A DNA stretch of 47,854 nucleotides from Syntrophomonas sp. (GTDB lineage Bacteria > Bacillota > Syntrophomonadia > Syntrophomonadales > Syntrophomonadaceae): contig PWPP01000007.1 of assembly GCA_003558625.1 (NCBI GenBank), positions 1-47,854 on the forward strand, given 5' to 3'. A program made the translations under genes and the position numbers. The notes beneath the pieces were generated by a model. That model worked only from the letters and a program-made list of their open reading frames with translations, made no database searches and had not been told where the DNA came from. This document shows positions 8,902 through 18,158 of the stretch, in pieces; the stretch's first letter is position 1; every line of letters begins with the position of its first letter.

Positions 8902-9472
8902 AAAGAAAAAAGCGGAGTTGTTGGAAATATTGGCGGGGACGGACATTGAAATTCTGACCTTGGAAGACTTGACCACAGAGGTAAGTGAAACCAAAGAAGA
9001 TGGGAAAAATTTTCAGGAAAATGCGATGAAAAAAGCTTTGGCAGCAGCCAGACAGAGCAACCTGATCACCCTGGCAGATGATTCGGGCCTGGTCGTGGAC
9101 GCATTAGGGGGGCGGCCCGGAGTATATTCCGCCCGTTATGCCGGTGAGCATGCCGGTGATGAGGCCAACAATGCCAAGTTGCTGCAGGAAATGGCGGCGA
9201 TTGATGAGAACCGGCGTCAGGCTTATTTTATATGTGTCCTGGCTTTATGTTCTCCCCAGGGGGGGCTGATCAAAATGTTTGAAGGCCGCTGTTACGGCAC
9301 CATTGCTTTTACAACCAGAGGAGAACTGGGCTTCGGTTATGACCCTTTGTTTATTCCCCGGGGGTTAAAACGGACCTTTGGCGAAATGGATGCAGCGGAA
9401 AAACATGCCATTAGCCACAGAGGTCAGGCTCTGGGACTATTACAAGATTTTTTAACCGGCAAAGAATGCTAG
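8867..9472 (+). CDS. rdgB: Non-canonical purine NTP pyrophosphatase (XTP/dITP diphosphatase, RdgB/HAM1 family)
   Basis: 201 aa. ATRNKKKKAEL, DDSGLVVDALGGRPGVYSARYAG, FGYDPLF and SHRGQA motifs. The start overlaps the rph 3' end by 35 nt. Confidence 0.92.
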   Translation: MVKKILLATRNKKKKAELLEILAGTDIEILTLEDLTTEVSETKEDGKNFQENAMKKALAAARQSNLITLADDSGLVVDALGGRPGVYSARYAGEHAGDEANNAKLLQEMAAIDENRRQAYFICVLALCSPQGGLIKMFEGRCYGTIAFTTRGELGFGYDPLFIPRGLKRTFGEMDAAEKHAISHRGQALGLLQDFLTGKEC

Positions 9473-9598
9473 GCTGGTATGACTTGGGGATTACGCTGCA
9501 CGCGTTTAATCCAGCATCCGATTATCCCCGGCATGATTTGTGAGTGCAGCTTTTTCCTCAGCTGCAGGATGGGGATAATTCTCTCGGGAGGCGTTATT

Positions 9599-10075
9599 TT
9601 GCGATTTATTGTAGTGGGGGACACCCACGGACAGATCCAACCGGTGCTGGAGGAACTGAAAAATATGCCGGCTGACGGGTTGTTTTTCACCGGCGATCAT
9701 TATCTTGATGGGTTAAAAATAGCCCGAGAACTGGCTCTTGATTTTTATGGGGTAACGGGTAATTGTGATCGGGGAGTGACGGGACCTCATGAATTAACAC
9801 TGGAATTTTTAAACAACCGCATATACCTCTGCCATGGGCACCTGTATGGGGTAAAGAATACTTTGCAGAACCTATATTACCGGAGCCTGGAAGTAGGAGC
9901 CGGGGCGGTAGTCTTTGGACATACCCACAGTCCTTTTTGCGAACAAATAGACGGCATATGGTTTATCAATCCCGGAAGTCCCACCCGTCCCCGTTTTAAT
10001 TCCCCCAAAACATACATTTTATTGGAACTCGAGGATTTATCGATCAAAGCAGGGATTATCGAAATAAATAACTGA
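9599..10075 (+). CDS. YfcE/MJ0936-family metallophosphoesterase (YsnB-like)
   Basis: (M)RFIVVGDTHGQ, GDH and GHTH motifs. The TTG at 9599 has a GGGAGG RBS 8 nt upstream and gives the canonical N-terminus. The track ORF (9479) adds 40 aa with no family resemblance. Confidence 0.8.
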   Translation: MRFIVVGDTHGQIQPVLEELKNMPADGLFFTGDHYLDGLKIARELALDFYGVTGNCDRGVTGPHELTLEFLNNRIYLCHGHLYGVKNTLQNLYYRSLEVGAGAVVFGHTHSPFCEQIDGIWFINPGSPTRPRFNSPKTYILLELEDLSIKAGIIEINN

Positions 10076-10140
10076 GGAGACGGCTGCGTAGTTCCGGTTC
10101 ATGTTACATATTATCCCGATAGAGGATCAGCGAGGGCAGG

Positions 10141-11094
10141 TTATTCCTGAAACACTCCGATTTTTCGGTAACGCAAGTAACGGTCTTGCAGTAAATCGGC
10201 GAGATCTTTTTGGGACAACTCATTTAAATACCGGGAAAAAATAGTTTTAAGCCGGCTGTAAAAATCAGATTCGTTAAAATCACTGAAAATCGGCTCGGGT
10301 ATAATCTCATCAACGATACCGAACATTTTAAGATTTTCTGCATCAAGTTTCAGGGCTTTAGCCATTTCCGGGGCTCTTTCCTTATCTTTAAACAAGATTG
10401 TAGCACATGCTTCCGGGGAAGCAACTGAGAAAACAGCATTAGAAAGAATCAGCAGCCGGTCTCCCACCCCGATGGCCAAAGCACCTCCACTTCCTCCTTC
10501 CCCCGCAATTAAGGAAATAACCGGTACTTTTATTTTGCTAAGGGTTATTAACAGGTTGGATATTGCCCAGGCCTGGCCGCGTTCTTCTGCTCCAACACCC
10601 GGGTAGGCTCCCGGTGTATTGACAAAGGTAAAAACGGGGCGTTGGAATTTTTCCGCATTGAGAAGCAGGCGATGGGCTTTACGGAAGCCTTCCGGATGGG
10701 GCATGCCGAAATTATGACTGATATTATCACTGGTATTGGTCCCTTTTTGATGACCTAATACGGTTACAGGAATACCTTCAAAAAGGCCTATTCCCCCGAT
10801 AATGGCAGCATCGTCTCCATAAGAGCGGTCTCCGTGAAGTTCAATCCAATCACTCAACAAATGCTCCATATAATCCCGGGCAGTAGGTCGGGCGGAATCC
10901 CGGGCCAATAACACCTGTTCCCAGGGATTTAAATTAACATAACGGTCTTTTACCATGGATGCCAGTCGTTCTTCGATGTTACGGATTTCAGGATTGATAT
11001 CATAATCAAAATTCTTGGACAGTTCACGTAATTCTTTCAGCTTGGTTTGCAGCATATCATAATTGGTTTCAAACTCAAATTTCTTTCTGGGCAT
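10141..11094 (-). CDS. accA: Acetyl-CoA carboxylase carboxyltransferase alpha subunit
   Basis: 317 aa. Resembles AccA along the full length (RPTARDY, GHQKG, TPGAYPG, GEGGSGGALA). Confidence 0.95.
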   Translation of the reverse strand: MPRKKFEFETNYDMLQTKLKELRELSKNFDYDINPEIRNIEERLASMVKDRYVNLNPWEQVLLARDSARPTARDYMEHLLSDWIELHGDRSYGDDAAIIGGIGLFEGIPVTVLGHQKGTNTSDNISHNFGMPHPEGFRKAHRLLLNAEKFQRPVFTFVNTPGAYPGVGAEERGQAWAISNLLITLSKIKVPVISLIAGEGGSGGALAIGVGDRLLILSNAVFSVASPEACATILFKDKERAPEMAKALKLDAENLKMFGIVDEIIPEPIFSDFNESDFYSRLKTIFSRYLNELSQKDLADLLQDRYLRYRKIGVFQE

Positions 11095-11959
11095 TGGTAC
11101 CTCCCTGATGCATCAACAGTATACGATGAAGCACAGACTTTAAATCACTTCGCACTACGACCATATCCACCATACCGTGGTTAATATGAAACTCGGCCCG
11201 TTGAAAGTTTTCCGGTAGCTTTTTTCCCAAAGCCTGTTCAACAACCCGGGGACCGGTAAAACCAATCAATGCTCCAGGCTCTGCAATAATGATATCCCCC
11301 AGCGAGGCAAAGCTTGCGGATACACCACCGGTGGTAGGATGGGTCAGGACCGAAATATATAATAGGCCTGCTTCATGCAGACGTCCTATAGCAGCACTGG
11401 TTTTGGCCATCTGCATTAATGAAATAATACCTTCCTGCATCCTGGCCCCACCGGAAGCACAAAAAATGATAAGGGGGGCACGCTGTTCCATTACTTCCTC
11501 AACCAGGCGGCAGATCTTTTCACCCACCACTGAACCCATGCTTCCCATCATGAACTGGGCATCCATAACCCCCAAACCAACGGGAATACCATTGACATTG
11601 GCCCAACCGGTAATAATGGCTTCGGCTAGACCGGTTTTTTTATGGGCGGTTTGCAGTTTCAGGTCATATTCAGGAAAATCGAGGAGGTTTATAGTGGAAA
11701 GGCAGGGGTTAATTTCCCGGAAGCTGCCTTCATCAGCAATGGAACCAATTCGGTACCAGGCATTGCAGGAAAAGTGAAAGCTGCAATGGGTGCAGATATA
11801 GTGGTTCTGTTTCAGTTCCTCTTCAGTGATCCAGATGGAACACGAGGGGCAGGGAAAATCTTCCCCGGCATGGGATGGATGGGACAGAGATTGCTTATCG
11901 GCCGGAATGGTGATGTATTTTTTCTTTTTTACCAGGTTTGGTTTAAAATTTACCATCAT
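11075..11959 (-). CDS. accD: Acetyl-CoA carboxylase carboxyltransferase beta subunit
   Basis: 294 aa. N-terminal zinc ribbon CPSC...CTHC, then MGSMGSVVGEK and SGGARMQEG motifs. Overlaps accA by 20 nt. Confidence 0.95.
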   Translation of the reverse strand: MMVNFKPNLVKKKKYITIPADKQSLSHPSHAGEDFPCPSCSIWITEEELKQNHYICTHCSFHFSCNAWYRIGSIADEGSFREINPCLSTINLLDFPEYDLKLQTAHKKTGLAEAIITGWANVNGIPVGLGVMDAQFMMGSMGSVVGEKICRLVEEVMEQRAPLIIFCASGGARMQEGIISLMQMAKTSAAIGRLHEAGLLYISVLTHPTTGGVSASFASLGDIIIAEPGALIGFTGPRVVEQALGKKLPENFQRAEFHINHGMVDMVVVRSDLKSVLHRILLMHQGGTNAQKEI

Positions 11960-11961
11960 AA

Positions 11962-12393
11962 TTACCTTTCTGATTCAAGGGCAAACATTATTTCTCCTTG
12001 GCATACCCGGTTTTGGTCAATGGTGATTTCTCCCTTAAACCAACCAAAGCTGCGTTTCATTTTTATCAGGCTGCAGCTTATATATAGAGTATCTCCGGGA
12101 ATGGCAAAATTACGAAATCTGATATTATTGACCCCGGCTAAAAACCCTAATTTCCCCCGGTATTCTTCCTGGCATAAGAGGGCACAGGCGCCAACCTGAG
12201 CCATAGCTTCAATCATCAGTACCCCTGGCATCAGAGGTCTGTCGGGAAAGTGACCGGGGAAATAGGGCTCATTAATGGTCAGGTTTTTTATTCCTACCGC
12301 CTTTTCTCCCGGAACCAGCTCAATAATCCGGTCTACCAGCAAAAAAGGATAGCGGTGAGGCAAAAGCGCTTTTATTTTGTTGATATCCATCAT
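11962..12393 (-). CDS. fabZ: 3-hydroxyacyl-ACP dehydratase
   Basis: 143 aa. LPHRYPFLLVDRI, FPGHFP and PGVLMIEAMAQ motifs. Confidence 0.95.
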   Translation of the reverse strand: MMDINKIKALLPHRYPFLLVDRIIELVPGEKAVGIKNLTINEPYFPGHFPDRPLMPGVLMIEAMAQVGACALLCQEEYRGKLGFLAGVNNIRFRNFAIPGDTLYISCSLIKMKRSFGWFKGEITIDQNRVCQGEIMFALESER

Positions 12394-12405
12394 GGTTTTA
12401 TACTC

Positions 12406-13647
12406 CTAGCCCCATTTTTTAATGATAAGGGCTGCGTTGTGGCCTCCAAAGCCCAGGGATTCAGAAGCAGCGGCATTAATAATATGTGTCCGGGCCTTTC
12501 CCCTGACATAATTCAGGTCACACTGGGGATCAGGGTTTTCCAGGTTCAGGGTCGGGGGCACCAGATTGTGGCATAAAGCTCCGGTGGCTGCGATGAGTTC
12601 AATAGCTCCCGCAGCTCCCATCATGTGACCGGTAGCAGCCTTGGTGGAATTCACAGCGATATCATAACTATGCGCACCAAAAACCTTTTTCAGGGCTTTG
12701 GTTTCAATAATGTCATTGTACATGGTCCCGGTTCCATGAGCATTAATGTGATCGATCTGCTCCGGCTTCATATCCGCTTCAATTAAGGCATATTCCAGGG
12801 CTTTTGCGGCTCCATATCCTTCGGGATCCGGTTGTACGATGTGATTGGCATCAGCACTGGAACCATAACCGGTTAATTCAGCATATATTTTTGCTCCCCG
12901 GTTTAAAGCATGTTCCATTTCTTCCAGGATTAACACGGCGGCACCTTCACCCATGACAAAACCATTTCGGTCTATATCAAAAGGACGGCAAGCTTTTTCC
13001 GGAAATTCATTATGGGTGGATAAAGCTTTCATTGCACAAAAACCGGCAATACTAAGGGGGGTTATCGGGGCTTCGGTACCACCGCTGATCATGACATCGG
13101 TTATGCCATATTTGATCAGGCGAAAGGCATCACCGATGCAATTGGTGGCAGTCGCGCAGGCAGTTACAGAACAGCTGGCAGGCCCCCGGGGGCCAAACAT
13201 GATGGAAATATGTCCAGCGGCCATGTTGGGGATAAGCATGGGAATAAAAAAAGGACTTACTCCATTTACCCCTTTTTTTAACATAGCATTATGCTGTTTT
13301 TCATAGGTCTCCAGTCCTCCGATTCCGGACCCTACAATGACTCCGGTCCGGTCGAGATCGACAGTTTTTACGTCCAGGGCGGCATCTTCCAATGCCACCC
13401 TGGTTGCAGCACACCCATATTGAATAAAGAGATCCATGCGGCGGGCTTCTGCACGTGGCATATAATCCTGGGCTTTAAAGTCCTTAACTTCGGCGGCAAT
13501 TTTTGCCGGGTGGTTACTGGTGTCAAAGCGCTCAATGAGCCCAATACCGCTTTGCCCGGCAATCAGTCGGGTCCAGAATTCGTCATAGGAATTTCCCAGC
13601 GGACTTATTGTCCCCATACCCGTTATTACTACTCTGCGTGGAGCCAA
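12406..13647 (-). CDS. fabF: Beta-ketoacyl-ACP synthase II
   Basis: 413 aa. RRVVITGMG, active-site Cys in VTACATATN, and the HGTGT and GFGGHNA motifs. Confidence 0.95.
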   Translation of the reverse strand: MAPRRVVITGMGTISPLGNSYDEFWTRLIAGQSGIGLIERFDTSNHPAKIAAEVKDFKAQDYMPRAEARRMDLFIQYGCAATRVALEDAALDVKTVDLDRTGVIVGSGIGGLETYEKQHNAMLKKGVNGVSPFFIPMLIPNMAAGHISIMFGPRGPASCSVTACATATNCIGDAFRLIKYGITDVMISGGTEAPITPLSIAGFCAMKALSTHNEFPEKACRPFDIDRNGFVMGEGAAVLILEEMEHALNRGAKIYAELTGYGSSADANHIVQPDPEGYGAAKALEYALIEADMKPEQIDHINAHGTGTMYNDIIETKALKKVFGAHSYDIAVNSTKAATGHMMGAAGAIELIAATGALCHNLVPPTLNLENPDPQCDLNYVRGKARTHIINAAASESLGFGGHNAALIIKKWG

Positions 13648-13663
13648 GTAAAATCACCTCATT

Positions 13664-13909
13664 TTAAGTATTGTCATCTGCCAACCGTTTTTCAATATAA
13701 TCCACAACATCCTTTACGGTTTTCATGGCTTCAGCTGCATCTTCCGGGATTTCAAAGTCGAATTTTTCCTCTAACAGCATAATCATTTCCACAATATCCA
13801 GGGAATCTGCTTCCAAATCTGCTTCGAAGTTGGATTCAAGTTTAATATCCTCGGCTGCAATGTCTTTAACCTCGACAATAATCTCTTTCACCGTTTCAAA
13901 AACTGACAT
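13664..13909 (-). CDS. acpP: Acyl carrier protein
   Basis: 81 aa. Phosphopantetheine attachment motif LEADSLDIVE. Confidence 0.95.
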   Translation of the reverse strand: MSVFETVKEIIVEVKDIAAEDIKLESNFEADLEADSLDIVEMIMLLEEKFDFEIPEDAAEAMKTVKDVVDYIEKRLADDNT

Positions 13910-13946
13910 AGTAATACCTCCTCATTGTTTTTTATTTAGATTTCTG

Positions 13947-14705
13947 TTAAATGGACATACCGCCATCAATCCTAATGGTTTGTCCATTAATATATGAGGC
14001 TTCTGGTGTTGCCAGGAAGCATACCAGATTAGCCACATCGTCGGCTTTGCCTAGTCTTCCCGCCGGGATTTGTGCAATCATCCTGGCACTGACCTCGGCA
14101 GGGAGCTGGCGGGTCATATCACTCTCGATAAATCCGGGTGCGATTATATTGGCGGTCACTCCCCGGGCCCCATATTCTTTAGCAATGGAACACGTAAGGC
14201 CCAATAACCCGGATTTCGAAGCCGCGTAGCAGGTTTGACCGATATTTCCTGCCAATCCTACCACGGACGAGATATTGATAATTCTCCCATATCTTTTTTT
14301 TATCATATACCTGACAGCGGTCCGAGAGCAATAAAAAGCAGAATATAAATTGGTTTTCAAAATAAGATCCCATAGATCGTCACTTACCCGCAGCAGCAAC
14401 TGATCCTGATTGATAGCTGCATTGTTTACCAGGACATCCAGGCGCCCCCATTTTTCAATGGTTTGATCTACCAGAGCCGTTGCGCTTTCAGCCACTGAAA
14501 CATCGGCCCCGATGATGATTCCTTCAGCACCCATGGTTTGCACTTCTTGTAAAACCTCTTGGGCCTGTTCCAGGTGTTCTCCGGCATCATTGCCGCCGTT
14601 ATAGTAATTAATGGCTACTTTGAAACCCCTTTGGGCCAGGTTAAGGGCAATGGAACGCCCGATACCTCTGGAACTGCCTGTAACCAGAGCGGTTTTTTCC
14701 TTCAT
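13947..14705 (-). CDS. fabG: 3-oxoacyl-ACP reductase
   Basis: 252 aa SDR protein. TGSSRGIG, NNAA, S...YAASK catalytic motif and C-terminal GQTIRIDGGM. Confidence 0.93.
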   Translation of the reverse strand: MKEKTALVTGSSRGIGRSIALNLAQRGFKVAINYYNGGNDAGEHLEQAQEVLQEVQTMGAEGIIIGADVSVAESATALVDQTIEKWGRLDVLVNNAAINQDQLLLRVSDDLWDLILKTNLYSAFYCSRTAVRYMIKKRYGRIINISSVVGLAGNIGQTCYAASKSGLLGLTCSIAKEYGARGVTANIIAPGFIESDMTRQLPAEVSARMIAQIPAGRLGKADDVANLVCFLATPEASYINGQTIRIDGGMSI

Positions 14706-15625
14706 ATTTCTTCCACCTTTTTTAACAGTTTTTCCAGGCTGCGGCTGTTTTCCACCTGTCCCAAGACCCGGTTGCGGTCGATTTTTTTAATAAGCCCGGT
14801 GAGGCTCGAGCCAGGGCCAACTTCTATAAAATAATCAACCTGAGTCATCATATAACGGACACTCTGCTCCCACTTTACCGGGGAAAAGAGCTGTTGTACC
14901 AGCAAATTTTTAAATTCCGAAGTGGGATTTTCCCGGGCGTTGACATTCGATATCACCGGAATTAGGGGTTCCTGAAATACAATGTTTTCTAACTCGAGAC
15001 CGAGTTCCCGGGAGCATTTCTCCATTAACGGGCTATGAGAAGGAACACTGACAGCCAGAATCTTTACTTTACCTCCCTGGTTTTTTAGGATGTTTGCGGC
15101 TTCCTCTACGGCGTTTTTTTCTCCGGAAATTACCAGCTGGCCCGGGCTGTTATAATTGGCCACGGTAACGATCCCGGAAATGGAGGCACATATTTCTTCA
15201 ACCTCACTGCTTTTCATTCCCAACACTGCAGCCATGGCTCCCGCCCCCGGTGGAACGGCTGCCTGCATCAGGCGGCCTCTCTTCATGATCAGGGTCAGGG
15301 TTTCAGCCAGGCTCAGTGAGCCGGAAGCGGCCAGGGCAGTATATTCCCCCAGGCTCAATCCTGCCACCATATGAGGATTAAGGCCTTGGTCTTGGGCAAC
15401 TTTTAGACAGGCCAAACTGGTGATCAGGATGGCGGGCTGGGCAAACTCAGTTTGATCTAGTTTTTCGGAAGGTCCTTCAAAACAAAGGTTGCTTAAGGCA
15501 TAACCGCAAATCTTATCCCCTGCAGCAAAAACCCGGGCGGCTTCAGGAAAAGTTGCTGCCAGTTCTTTTCCCATGCCAGGGTACTGGGAACCCTGGCCCG
15601 GAAATACAAATGCTAGCTTGGCCAT
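14702..15625 (-). CDS. fabD: Malonyl CoA-ACP transacylase
   Basis: 307 aa. FVFPGQGSQ and active-site GLSLGEY motifs. Confidence 0.95.
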   Translation of the reverse strand: MAKLAFVFPGQGSQYPGMGKELAATFPEAARVFAAGDKICGYALSNLCFEGPSEKLDQTEFAQPAILITSLACLKVAQDQGLNPHMVAGLSLGEYTALAASGSLSLAETLTLIMKRGRLMQAAVPPGAGAMAAVLGMKSSEVEEICASISGIVTVANYNSPGQLVISGEKNAVEEAANILKNQGGKVKILAVSVPSHSPLMEKCSRELGLELENIVFQEPLIPVISNVNARENPTSEFKNLLVQQLFSPVKWEQSVRYMMTQVDYFIEVGPGSSLTGLIKKIDRNRVLGQVENSRSLEKLLKKVEEI

Positions 15626-16566
15626 GATAATCCTCCCAGTCTCTTTATGATCACATGGGCTTCAGCCGCAATTTCCTCTATGATATCTCCTGCCGGCTGC
15701 ACGTGTTTTACCATGGCTGAAATTTGACCGGCTAAGAGACTGCCCTGGTCAACATTCCCTTCTACTGCTGCCAGGGGATATTTGCCCTGGCCCAGGAGGG
15801 ACAATTCTTCTTTATTTCTTCCTTCTCTTTCTGCCTGCAAAAAGTCCCGGGCAAATGGATTCTGAATAGCCCGGACCGGGTGTCTGGTAGTAAGCCCACA
15901 AACCACAGTGGAGCGATCTCGTGCTTTAATGATTTTTTCCTGATAAGCAGGGTGGACATCTGTTTCCTGGGCACAAATAAACCTGGTTCCCATTTGAACC
16001 CCTTCAGCTCCCAGGGCCAGTGCCGCTACGAGACCTCTTGCATCATATATTCCTCCCGCAGCTATAATGGGAATCGTCACCTCATCAGCTATAAGCGGGA
16101 CCAGGCACATGGTTGTCATTTCCCCAATGTGCCCTCCGGATTCAGTGCCCTCTACAATCAAGGCATCGGCTCCTAATCGTTCCAGGCGCTTGGCCAGAGC
16201 CACTGCTGCTACCACCGGGATAATTTTTATACCGGCATTTTTTAAGGCTTCCATATAGGGTCCCGGATTTCCGCCACCTGTGGTAACTACCGGAATTTTT
16301 TCCCGGATAACCAAGTCCAGATGTTCTTTGACATGGGGACCGGTTAACATTAAATTTACTCCAATATGTTTTGTGGTTAATTTTCTGGCTATGATAATTT
16401 CATTCTCTAACCATGACGGAGATGCGGTACCGCCGCCAATGATGCCCAGACCTCCTGCGGCAGATACGGCAGCAGCTAATTTACCCCCGGCAATCCAGGC
16501 CATTCCACCCTGAAGTATGGGGTGCTCGATGTGCAGCAAGTCGCATATTTTGGTTTTAAGCTTCAT
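15613..16566 (-). CDS. fabK: Enoyl-ACP reductase II (FMN-dependent, nitronate monooxygenase fold)
   Basis: ILQGGMAWI motif and a TIM-barrel FMN family layout. Sits inside the fab operon. The ATG at 16566 has a GGGGGAGAG RBS 6 nt upstream; the track ORF start (16620) lies inside fabH. Confidence 0.85.
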   Translation of the reverse strand: MKLKTKICDLLHIEHPILQGGMAWIAGGKLAAAVSAAGGLGIIGGGTASPSWLENEIIIARKLTTKHIGVNLMLTGPHVKEHLDLVIREKIPVVTTGGGNPGPYMEALKNAGIKIIPVVAAVALAKRLERLGADALIVEGTESGGHIGEMTTMCLVPLIADEVTIPIIAAGGIYDARGLVAALALGAEGVQMGTRFICAQETDVHPAYQEKIIKARDRSTVVCGLTTRHPVRAIQNPFARDFLQAEREGRNKEELSLLGQGKYPLAAVEGNVDQGSLLAGQISAMVKHVQPAGDIIEEIAAEAHVIIKRLGGLSWPS

Positions 16567-16567
16567 G

Positions 16568-17554
16568 TTAATCTCTCCCCCAGCGTATAATTGCACCACC
16601 GTAAGTAAGCCCGGCGCCAAATCCTACCAATAATGCAAGATCACCCGGTTTAATCCGGCCCTGTTCTTCTGCTTGTGCCAGGAGCACAGGAATGGATGCG
16701 GCTGAAATATTGGCACAGTTTTCTATATTAATAAGGGTTTTTTCAGGTGTAATCTTCATTTTCCGCATAGCAGTCTGAATGATCCGGAGATTGGCCTGGT
16801 GGGGAACAAAATGATCTATTTGCTCCCAAGTCAGGTGGTTCCTATTTAGGAGTTTCATGCTTACTTCTACGATGATCTTGGTAGCAAACTTATAAACTTC
16901 ATTTCCGTTCATCTTCAGAAAATGCATCCGATCTTGAATCGTTTGGTAGGTGGGAGGTAGAGCTGAACCCCCACCGGGCATATATAAGAGGTGACCGCCT
17001 TTGCCATCGGCGCCCAGGCAGCTGTCCAGAACCCCGCATTCTCCCTGTGACTTTCCCAGAACTACTGCACCGGCGCCGTCTCCAAAAATAATACTGGTGT
17101 TTCGATCTTCATAATCGATAAAGCGCGAAAACACTTCGGCTCCGATTACGAGCACATATTGATAATCCGGAGAGAGGAGGAACTTCTCTGCTACAGTCAG
17201 GGCATATATAAAACCGGTGCAGGCAGCTTCTAAGTCTAAGGCCGCTGCATTTTCGGCTCCCAAATGACCCTGGACAATACAGGCAGTAGAAGGGAACAGC
17301 ATATCAGGGGTGGTTGTGGCTACCAGGATCAAATCTAATTGGGAAGGGGAAATCCCCGCCTGGGCCAAAGCTTTTTGAGCCGCGTCCAAAGAAAGATCGG
17401 AGCAATTTTGCCCCGGGGCGGCAATTCTCCGCTCTTTTATGCCGGTTCTCTCAACAATCCATTGGTCAGTTGTATCTACCATCTTTTCCAAATCCTGATT
17501 GGTAAGAATGTTATCGGGTAATGCATATCCGGTGCCTAGGATTTTTGCTTTCAT
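16568..17554 (-). CDS. fabH: Beta-ketoacyl-ACP synthase III
   Basis: 328 aa. Active-site Cys in LEAACTGF, then HQANLRI and NCANISAASIP motifs. A strong AAGGAGGTG RBS lies upstream. Confidence 0.95.
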   Translation of the reverse strand: MKAKILGTGYALPDNILTNQDLEKMVDTTDQWIVERTGIKERRIAAPGQNCSDLSLDAAQKALAQAGISPSQLDLILVATTTPDMLFPSTACIVQGHLGAENAAALDLEAACTGFIYALTVAEKFLLSPDYQYVLVIGAEVFSRFIDYEDRNTSIIFGDGAGAVVLGKSQGECGVLDSCLGADGKGGHLLYMPGGGSALPPTYQTIQDRMHFLKMNGNEVYKFATKIIVEVSMKLLNRNHLTWEQIDHFVPHQANLRIIQTAMRKMKITPEKTLINIENCANISAASIPVLLAQAEEQGRIKPGDLALLVGFGAGLTYGGAIIRWGRD

Positions 17555-18158
17555 TATTATCAGGAAGCACCTCCTTTGCCATCATTCTTAATATATTTAA
17601 AGGGGATCTATTTGCTATGCGCGGGGTCTTTTTTTTTATAGAGGAACGTCTGCAAGCTTTTTGTATTGAAAATCATAGCATCTCTGGGAATAGGGGTAGC
17701 TGCAAACCGGTCCTAAACACGTGTAATGAGGCTTATTTACACTTTAACATATGGGTTTATTAAAGCATTGGCTGTCTTTTTTGTCAACAAATTTGGATGG
17801 TATTGAGCGGGTGGGCAAATAATCCAAGGGAGTCCAGGCAAGCGTTCCGCTATTTTATAATCCCCAACCAGAAATATATGGTTTATAATATAATAGGAAA
17901 AAACAAAAAAACCTTTTATCTGTGGGCCCTGCAGTCCAGGAAAAAAAGATGCGGCTCCGGGGGGGAATCTTGCTAAATCGCTGTAATTGGGGTATATTTA
18001 CCATGAATAATATCGGGGTTTGTTTGAGCCGTACCGGGATTGATGATTCCGGTAACAGTGGGGAGAGAGATGCTTTCCTGCAGCTATTGTTTTTACTGCT
18101 TTTCATTGCTTGAAGAGAGCAAACTTCTATTAATAATTTATGAAAAAGGGTGTTAAAA

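Noticed and set aside
11289-12199. Plus-strand ORFs of 162 aa and 185 aa (11289..11777 and 11642..12199). Similar ORFs lie antisense to fabF/fabG/fabD/fabK (for example 12953..13306, 13291..13782, 15880..16176).
   Set aside because: They lie entirely antisense to minus-strand genes whose products match AccD/Fab families along the full length. Their translations are low-complexity with no recognisable motifs, so they are shadow ORFs.
17940-18140. Cobalamin- or FMN-riboswitch-like fragments (GGGAATC...GCTGTAA; CCGG...ACAGTGGGGAGAG) in the leader of the CofE-like gene.
   Set aside because: These are only short partial similarities. The B12 box and the RFN core (GGTGAAATTCC...CCGACAGT...GGATGGGAGA) are absent.
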